Positions 63,966 through 64,000 of a stretch of 64,000 nt of DNA are shown piece by piece. This stretch comes from Octopus bimaculoides (lineage: Eukaryota), in the NCBI RefSeq assembly GCF_001194135.2, contig NC_068989.1:3709406-3773405 (forward strand), in the 5' to 3' direction. Position 1 is the stretch's first letter; every line of letters starts with the position of its first letter. The position numbers and the translations under genes are program-made. The notes beneath the pieces were generated by a model. That model was not told the origin of the DNA. It was given only the letters and a program-made list of their open reading frames with translations, and did no database searches.

Positions 63966-64000
63966 TATGTGTGTGTGTGTGTATGTGTGTGTGTGTGTGA

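Overview
Eukaryotic, AT-rich, repeat-saturated DNA from a gapped draft assembly (16 N-gaps, most flanked by (TA)n or (CA)n arrays). The SINE families and microsatellite density look like an octopus (coleoid cephalopod) genome; that call is from recall, not a search. I found no confident host protein-coding gene, tRNA, rRNA or CRISPR array, so the window reads as intronic or intergenic. Nearly all supplied ORFs are microsatellite translations. Supportable content: (i) about 45 copies or fragments of three tRNA-derived SINE families (here A, B, C); (ii) decayed LINEs: three with restriction-like endonuclease (RLE) domains at 20.4, 22.6 and 49.1-50.1 kb, and one CR1/Jockey-type at 40 kb; (iii) Penelope-like element (PLE) remnants (RT at 4.9-5.1 kb, GIY-YIG C-terminus at 27.0-27.5 kb) plus several hammerhead-ribozyme core motifs (CTGANGA...GAAAC) typical of PLE terminal repeats; (iv) a probable Tc1/mariner remnant. 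Best leads: the hammerhead-bearing short repeats, a perfect 95-bp SINE palindrome and other inverted SINE pairs (dsRNA/ADAR candidates), head-to-tail SINE-A dimers inside trinucleotide arrays next to RLE LINEs, a hairpin module shared by SINE-A and SINE-B, and a 162-codon open frame missed by the ORF track that ends in an uninterrupted LINE RLE C-terminus.
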